A program made the position numbers and the translations under genes. Positions 56,086-64,000 of a DNA stretch of 64,000 bases are shown here, in pieces (the stretch's first letter is position 1; each line of letters begins with the position of its first letter). The notes below the pieces were generated by a model. That model was not told where the DNA came from. It did no database searches and was given only the letters and a program-made list of their open reading frames with translations. This DNA comes from Eledone cirrhosa (Eukaryota): the NCBI GenBank assembly GCA_964016885.1, contig OZ024756.1, positions 15,810,001-15,874,000 of the forward strand, given 5' to 3'.

Positions 56086-59000
56086 AACAAACAAACACTC
56101 ACATACATACTCACATGCATGCACATGGTAACACACAGCCACAGATAGTTGTATACACACCAGACACGCACATCCCTATTAAATTCATGCCTACATTAAC
56201 CCTTTAGCATTCACATTACTCTATATATACTATTATATTTTCATGGTAATTATCTCGCATAATATTGAATCTATGAGATTTTGAAAGTATTTATTTTGAG
56301 AACAATACCTTAACATCAGTTTGAGTGACCAGTTACAGCTGGTTTCAACAGAAAGAGGTAGAGAATTCTGGCCGGTTTGAACATTAAAGGGTTAACACCA
56401 TCATTTTTCTATATTTAAGTGAGGGCTGTTATCATTTCTAGGAGATAAACCATTGTTTTAGGAATAACTAATACAGTTCTATAGAAATATGCTATAGAAC
56501 CAGACTTAACCAGTACTATGGCACTAAACATGAAGGACCAGAGGTTACAGTGTTTGTCTATATAGAGAGATACCATAGTACAGAAGACTCAAGTACTGCA
56601 GCACTAACAGTAGATGTGGTGAGAGACCAGTGGCTACAGTGTTTGACGATCAAACGGGGACAATATATGGTTTGAGAGGACCCTTCAATTTGGACAAGCA
56701 TTTGATAACTTCTCTCGTGCAGGTGCCACAATAAAATGCACCCAGTCCGCCCTGTAAAATAGCAGTGGTGCTGGTTTGCCAGCATACATGTGCCTAGTAT
56801 TCCCTGTAAGGTGGTTGGAGCTAAGAATGGCATTCTAGCTATAGAAACCATTCCAATATGGAATGTATGAGTAAGAGTGTTTGCACTGGTCAGCTTGTCT
56901 CTGACAGTGACAACCTGTCCAACCCAGTGTGGAAATGATGATGATGATGATGATATATATACATAATATATATATGCAAAAGGCAAACAGAAATAACAAA
57001 GCAAATGACACAGTACAATGAAGAAATATATTATTAGTTTTATGCTTGAGATATATATATATATATATCATCATCATCATTGTTTAACGTCTATCTTCCA
57101 CGCTAGCATGGGTTTAGACGGGAATTGTCCCACTTGAGGCAAAATTGGTTGTCTTGCTCGTGTAGGACTGTCTGGCAGGTTTTCTATGGCTGGATGCCCT
57201 TCCTAACACCAACCACGTTTACAGTGTGGACTGGGAGGTTTTTACCGTGTTACCTACACGGCCACATTACAGCGTGGACTGTGTGTCCTTTTTGTTGTGA
57301 CACCTACACGACCCCATTTATTATGGTGTGTTAGGTAGGTGTGTACTGTATGGTGTGTTAGGAAGGTATGTACTGTATGGTGTGTTAGGTAGGTGTGTAC
57401 TGTATGGTGTTAGGTAGGTGTGTACTGTATGGTGTGTTAGGTAGGTGTGTACTGTATGGTGTGATGTATATATATATATTAGTTCTGATGCTACAAAACA
57501 TGCACCCAGTACATCCTGTAAGGTTGTTGGTGATAAGATGGGATCGATAAAATACCAGTAATGGACTGGGTCGATTTAATTGACTTCCCCTCTCCCCAAA
57601 ATTGCTGGCCTTGTGACTGAAGTAGAAACAATTATTATTATTGCCCTGCTTGAAATATCCTAAAATCTGTGTAAAGCCCAAATCTGAACATCTTAACTGT
57701 TGTTTCTAGGACTATCATTATTATTGCCCTTTCCCAGTAATTTGTTGAAAGATAAGTAAAAGAGGGGAGCATGGCCCAAGTGAATGGGTTGGTTCTGAGT
57801 ATGTGCCTGTAGATTGAAGGTTGAAAATTGGGAGAGGGCACTTGCCCTTGTGGTCAGGGTCACCGTAGCATTTTTAATGGGCTTTCTCCACGAGTGACTC
57901 TCGGAAGTCTCCCCTTAATTGGGGAATTTTTCTTTGTTTCATTTTTTTTAAAATTTTTTTTTACATTTTTTTTGTTTTTGTATAGTCCTGTGCTGTCCTT
58001 AATGTTATACTCTGTCAACCCTTGTGGTTAATAAAGAAAACATTATTATTATTGTGTTTCAAATCTTCTCAAATCTGTGTGAAGCTCAAATATTCTCAAA
58101 TCTGTCTGAACATCTTGTTTGTTGTTTCTAGGACAGATTTTCTCTCTCTCAAATGACATATTTTCTTATTTCTTATTAATGCCTAGTCATTGACTTAACA
58201 CATTATCAGATTAACTTTTACTCAAAACTAATCCTCTCTCCACCACACCTTCTTTCTCCCTCTACCACACCTCTCCTTCTACCACACACTCTCTCTCTAC
58301 CCCTCTCATCCTTTATACCTATCTTTCTCATATCTCTATCACTATCCCCCTTTATTATATATCTATCTTTCTATCCATCTCTCTACCTCCCCCTCTCTCT
58401 CTTTCTCTATTATATCTGTCTATCTATCTGTCGTTCTCTCCATCTCCTTACCTTCCCCTCTCCCCTCTCATACTAAGCTAGTAAACTGGAGATTTCCATT
58501 CAGAAAATGTTCTTCTCGTTAACTAAATATCATTTGATTAATTAACAACAATATCCTATTTAGAATGACTGTATTTTCTGTTGTATCTTTTGTATCTTAG
58601 TTTTATTCTTCCATTTCTTTCAATGGAGACCTCCATTCACCCCCTACACAAACTTCAATATAGAAATAATTCAGCTTTATTGGGGCTTTTTTTTTTTCGT
58701 TTTGGTTTTGTAGTTCAATTTTTAATGCTTGTCTGTTTTAAAAAATGTATTATTGGCAGTATTGTTATAACATTGGACAACATACTTTGTGGCATATAGT
58801 TATGGCCTTTTATATTCAAATTCTGCTAAGGTTAGCTTTGCCTTTCATCCTTACGAGGTCGAATGAATACAGTACCAAATAATATACCTTCAAATTGCTG
58901 GCCTTGTGCCAAAAAAATAGAAAGAATTATTACAGAACTACTTATGAAACATTATTGAAAGAGGGTTGGACGCCATGCTTTGATGCATAGAGTTACGGCC

Positions 59001-59244
59001 CTTGCCATTCTGAGTTCAAATCCCGCCTAGGTTAACTTTGCCTTTCATCCTTACGGGGTCGATAAAATAAAGTACCAGTAATGCACTGAGATAATTGCTG
59101 GCCTTGTGCCAAAAGTAGAAACAATTATTGAAAGAGGAACATAACATTTGAAACATTTGTCTACAAAGTACTAGAAGGGATTAGCTCTGTTATTTCGTTC
59201 TTTCTATCTTTCGAGGGTTTTTCTTCACAACAAAAAATGCTCAA

Positions 59245-59780
59245 AAAGCACCCAATCCACTCTGCAATGTGGTTGTGTTGGTGCCATGACAAAACAGACC
59301 CAGTCCATCCTGCAATGTGGTTGTGTTGGTGCCATGACAAAACAGACCCAGTCCATCCTGCAATGTGGTTGTGTTGGTGCCACGACAAAACACACCCAGT
59401 CCACCCTGCAATGTGGTTGTGTTGGTGCCATGACAAAACAGACCCAGTCCACCTTGCAATGTGGTTGGTTGTGTTGGTGCCATGACAAAAAACACCCAGT
59501 CCACCCTGTAATGTGGTTGTGTTGGTACCACGACAAAACACACCCAGTCCACCCTGCAATGTGGTTGTGTTGGTGCCACGACAAAACACACCCAGTCCAC
59601 CCTGTAATGTGGTTGTGTTGGTGCCATGACAAAACACACTCAGTCCATCCTGCAAGGTGGTTGTGTTGGTGCCACAACAAAACACACACCCAGTCCACTC
59701 TGCAAGGTGGTTGCGTTGGTGCCACGACAAAAGCTCCCAGTGCATGCTGTGAAGTGGTTGGCATTAGAAAGGGCATCCAG
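59245..59780 (+). repeat. 48-bp minisatellite (~10 copies) derived from the RTE/SINE 3' UTR
   Basis: Unit aaaacacacccagtccaccctgcaatgtggttgtgttggtgccacgac runs into the ttagaaagggcatccag tail motif. Confidence 0.85.
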
Positions 59781-60145
59781 CTATAGAAAACTGAACTGTA
59801 AATTGCAGTCTCCTGACTTGTCAGGGCTCACAACATGACACCCCGTCTAACATATGCAAGCATAGAAAATAGACTTTAACCCTTTAAACTGGCTGTATCT
59901 GGCCAGAATTCTCTCACCTTTTTCTGTTCAAACTGGCTGTAACTGGCCTCTCATACTGACGTTAAGGTATTGTTCTCAAAATAAATAATATCAAAGTCTC
60001 ATAGATTCGATATTCTGTGAGATAAAGACTTTTCTGTGAAAATACTATAGTATATATAATGTGAATGCTAAAGGGTTAAACAGTGATGATGATGATGATA
60101 ATGCTTATACCAGGTTGACTGGGTCCTGAAAAGGTCAATGACGAT

Positions 60146-60271
<126 letters not shown>

Positions 60272-60904
60272 AATTACCAAGACTGTCACTATGTCACTAA
60301 TATAACTCCATCAGGAATTCTGGGTCCATACATTAAAAACAAGCTGGTGAAACCTCTGATAATATAAGGGTGGACTGGGTATGAAGGAGTGACACTAGAG
60401 CTGTGAAATCTTGTGTGCATTAATTTCAACTCTTGATAGAGCATCAGACACTATGCTTTGCAGCATAGTTATAGCCCTTTACATTCTGAGTTCAAATCCT
60501 GCAGAGGTTAGCTTTGCCTTTTGGGGTCAATAAAATAAAGCACCAGTAATGTACTGGGGTTGATTTAATTGACTTTCCCCTCGCCTCCAAATTGCTGGAC
60601 TGGTGCCTATAGTAGAAATCCTTATTAACTGCATTGTTTCTTTCCAGGGACTATCTTGAAAAATAAACCTCATTTGGTCATTCCATGAGAGTCTCTTGGT
60701 CAGCCTAATTATATATATATAAGTAGAAGGGGTATATAATTTGTTGGAAGTCTGACAAATATAAATGTTTGTAACTGATTTAGAGAACTCAACAGATTCC
60801 TGGAGTAAATATTCAATGATATTAAATAAATATCTATCCAGAGAATATCCAACTGATAAGGTATGATTTTCCTGGGTACGTCTCTATTTATAAAACAAAT
60901 TTTG

Positions 60905-60967
60905 TATTTTATCTGAGTAAAGCGTACCAATGTGTTTTGGTACCCTTGAAATATATATAATAAAATA
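60905..60967 (+). ncRNA. Hammerhead motif family 2, diverged copy with a mutated core (CUGAGUA)
   Basis: Stem I UAUUUUAU/AUAAAAUA; stem II AAGCGUACCAA/UUGGUACCCUU; GAAA-UAUAUA-UA; G8 is altered. Confidence 0.6.
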
Positions 60968-61448
60968 AATATGGTTTTATAAATATAGTTTCCATTTATT
61001 TAATATCATTATATGGAGGCACATGGCTTAGTGGTTAGAGCATTGGCCTTGCAATCAAAAGGTTGTGAGTTCAATTCTCAGAAAAGGCGATGTGTTGTTT
61101 CCTTGAGCAAGGCACTTTATTTCACATTGCTCCAGTTTACTCAGCTGTAGCAATGAGATGATAGGGACTGGGGTCCCTATCATTCCACTGCAAAGTGGTC
61201 GTGGAGGTGCCACGGCAAAAAAGCACCCAGCACTCACTGTAAATGAGGTTGGTGTTAGGAAGGGCATCCAGCTGTAGAAATCAAGCCAGAATCAGTTCCC
61301 GTCCCACCCTTGCAAGCAGGGAAAAGTGGACGTAAAATGAAATGATGATCAAATGAAATGATATATATTGGTCAGCCTATGAACCTTTTCAGCCGACCCT
61401 TCAATATTCTACTTTAGTCTAAATTTTCTTTTTTTTTCTTCTTTTCAG

Positions 61449-61557
61449 AAATTGAAAAAAGCAGAAGATTTATCTGTTATTGATAAGAGACTGAGTACTT
61501 TGGAGGCACGTAAGCCAGAAAATCGCAACAAGAACCGATACAGAGATGTTAATCCTT
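61449..61557 (+). CDS. PTPN1/PTPN2-like: PTP1B/TC-PTP-like phosphatase, exon 2 (KLKKAEDLSVIDKRLSTLEARKPENRNKNRYRDVNP)
   Basis: Strong acceptor ttttcag|; contains the pTyr-recognition motif KNRYRDV; phase-1 donor T|GTGAGT, comparable to the vertebrate PTPN1 exon 2 boundary. Confidence 0.9.
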
Positions 61558-61729
61558 GTGAGTTTAACTAAAATATTGTTCTAGTTTTTTTTTTTTACTT
61601 GTTTCATTCATTATACTGTGATCATGCTGGGGTAATAGCTCTGAAGAGATTTAATGAATCACATCAACCTCAGTAGTTGCAAGTATGGAAAAGTGGACGT
61701 AAAAACGATGATTATATATATATAATATA

Positions 61730-62147
61730 TAATATATAAGATCAAAAGATGGGTAAATGAGTTCCATGTATTTTATTATGCGCATTTCAAAAACAAATAT
61801 CATGCAATAACATGTGTTTTCATCAGATAAAATATGAGGACATGATATGAAGGTTAAAAACACTTGTGGATAGTGCAGTTTTAAATCAACATATCAACAT
61901 ATGTTGATTTAAAACTGCACTATCCACAAGTGTTTTTAACCTTCATATCATGTCCTCCTATTTTATCTGATGAAAACACATGTTATTGCATGATATTTGT
62001 TTTTGAAATGCGCATAATAAAATACATGGAACTCATTTAACCATCTTTTGATCTTATATATTATGTATACTCCAGTCCTACAAACTGTAGAGTGCTTCTT
62101 ATCCGATATCTGCATTGCTTTATTGTACTACAATAAAACTCACCTCC

Positions 62148-62151
<4 letters not shown>
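61730..62151 (+). mobile_element. Palindromic hammerhead element family 1, independent diverged copy (ribozymes at + 61959-62024 and - 61769-61834)
   Basis: Homologous to 16461-16883 in the opposite orientation; same centre CAACATATGTTG with a short duplication; tail ends AATAAAACTCACCTCCTAC(AT)n. Confidence 0.85.
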
Positions 62152-62197
<46 letters not shown>

Positions 62198-63059
62198 TGT
62201 GACTGTAAAAAAAAAAAAGAAATATATATATATATATATATACATACATACATGGAGGCGCAGGGCTTAGTGGTTAGAGCATTGGGTTTGCAATCGAAAG
62301 GTTGTGAGTTCAATTCTCAGACCGGGTGATATGTTGTTTCCTTTATTTCACATTGCTCCAGTTTGCTCAGCTGTAGAAATGAGATGATAGGACTGGGGGT
62401 CCCTATTATTCCACTGCAAAGTGGTCATGGACGTGCCACAGCAAAAAAGCACCCAGCCCACACTGTAAATGGAAAAAAAGCACCCAGCACTCACTGTAAA
62501 TGAGGTTGCTGTTAGGAAGGGCATCCAGCCATAGAAATCAGTTCCTGTCCCACTCTTGCAAGCAGGGGAAAGCGGATGTAAAATGATGAGTAAACTGGAG
62601 CAATGTGAAATAAAGTCTCTTGCTCAAGGAAACAACACATCACCCGGTCTGAGAATTGAACTCACAACCTTTCGATTGCAAGCCCAATGCTCTAACCACT
62701 AAGCCATGTGCCTTCATACACATATATGATTGTAAAACCCCCCAGAGTTCCTGACCTACAGAGGTGATACATTGTCACATCTAGGGTAGCTTTAGTACTG
62801 AAGATATAAACAAGATGGAACAAATTTTAGGGAGCTACCATCTATGCTCCCTGTTGATAATGAAGGATGATAACTGGGAATCAGAATAGGGTGGGGAAAT
62901 GTTTAGAGAGCTATCGTTTATGCTTCTGGTGGCATTAAAAGGGATTCCCTCTTTGAGAGGAAGATAAACTGTATGATGCTTGTCTACAGAATATGATATT
63001 GCTTGGTAATAATTTGTGGAGAATGTGTGAAGGTTGAGAAGAAGCAAAGCAAGCATGGA

Positions 63060-63465
63060 CAGATGAGAAGACTGAGCTGGTACAGACATGCAATATCAAG
63101 GCATAGGTGAGTTGATATAAACTTGGCATAAAAGGAATGAGATGTAGTGTGCAGGAGAGAAGACGGTGCTGGTACAGACATGGCATAAAAGGAACGAGAT
63201 GTAGTGTCCAGGAGAGAAGACGGTGCTGGTACAGACATGGCATAAAAGGAATGAGATGTAGTGTGCAGGAGAGAAGACGGTGCTGGTACAGACATGTTTG
63301 CAAATGGAAGGAAGTTACAGCAGAAGTGGTGGGAACTGATCTCAGGATGTTGAACCTCACAAAGGAACAGAATTAGTGGAGAAATGTTGTGTGATGGAGA
63401 TGACACACCCAACCTAATATAAACATGGAAAAACGGACACAGAGATGATGTTGATGATGATGAAT
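63060..63465 (+). mobile_element. RTE 3' fragment with a 57-bp internal triplication
   Basis: GIKGMRCSVQERRRCWYRH-like unit three times; (GAT)n tail. Confidence 0.75.
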
Positions 63466-63682
63466 ACTAGTCAGGTTATATTCAAATCTGAATTGCTATC
63501 ACTTCCTGTCAAACAGGAAACTGTATTATTTGATGACATGACTGGCTTTACATCCTCCTAATGTTACACTTTGATCTTCCTCCCTTCTTTTCTCTCCTCC
63601 TCTCCTTCCTTCTCAAACCCACCACAGCTGTAAATAAAACTCAACACATTTATTAAACATCTTCCAGTCTTATCACCATAAA

Positions 63683-63726
<44 letters not shown>

Positions 63727-63880
63727 GCATATTTATATATTTATATATATATATAATTGGTGTGGGATGCTTAAAACGTCCATAAGCGGTAGGCCGTTTG
63801 AGCACTCGATGCTCTTACAGAGCAGAATATGATATCACATAAGAAACGGAGAATCAGTGTTGCGACAAATAAAATTTATT

Positions 63881-63977
63881 AGACATATTACAACCGTTTC
63901 TCTGGTGACCAGCTCGAGGCACGATCCATGTAATGATCGAACCAGACTCTGAAATCGCAAGGTCCTCAGATACGTCT
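63881..63977 (-). ncRNA. Hammerhead motif, family 5 (imperfect stem II)
   Basis: Stem I AGACGUAU/AUAUGUCU (8 bp); CUGAGGA; GAAA-C-GGUU-GUA; followed by AAUAAA; (TA)n flank. Confidence 0.5.
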
Positions 63978-64000
63978 CGATTCATATATATATATATATA

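Overview
Repeat-rich, AT-rich animal genomic DNA. The (TA)n expanses, RTE LINEs and tRNA-derived SINEs suggest an octopod cephalopod (inference). There is one 200-N gap at 13688-13887. Two host genes lie head to head. A minus-strand ankyrin-repeat gene has coding exons at 6991-6932 and 3453-3282 and continues off the left edge. A plus-strand PTP1B/TC-PTP-like tyrosine phosphatase has exon 1 at 10624-10692 and exon 2 at 61449-61557, separated by a ~50.8 kb intron. The rest is mostly transposon debris: RTE, CR1, Tx1/L1-like and CRE-like LINE fragments, two SINE families, piggyBac/hAT/mariner MITEs, TE-seeded minisatellites and a ~3 kb near-identical duplication. The most notable signal is a set of type I hammerhead ribozyme motifs (CUGANGA...GAAA...NUH, with a short and usually palindromic stem III) from at least five unrelated sequence families. 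They sit in short ORF-less elements inserted in (TA)n, with inverted or tandem terminal repeats, which is the architecture of Penelope-like pLTRs and retrozyme-like elements. One family is a ~340-bp palindrome with a ribozyme on each strand. All structures were folded by eye, and none is shown to be active. Most long ORFs in the supplied track are microsatellite artefacts.
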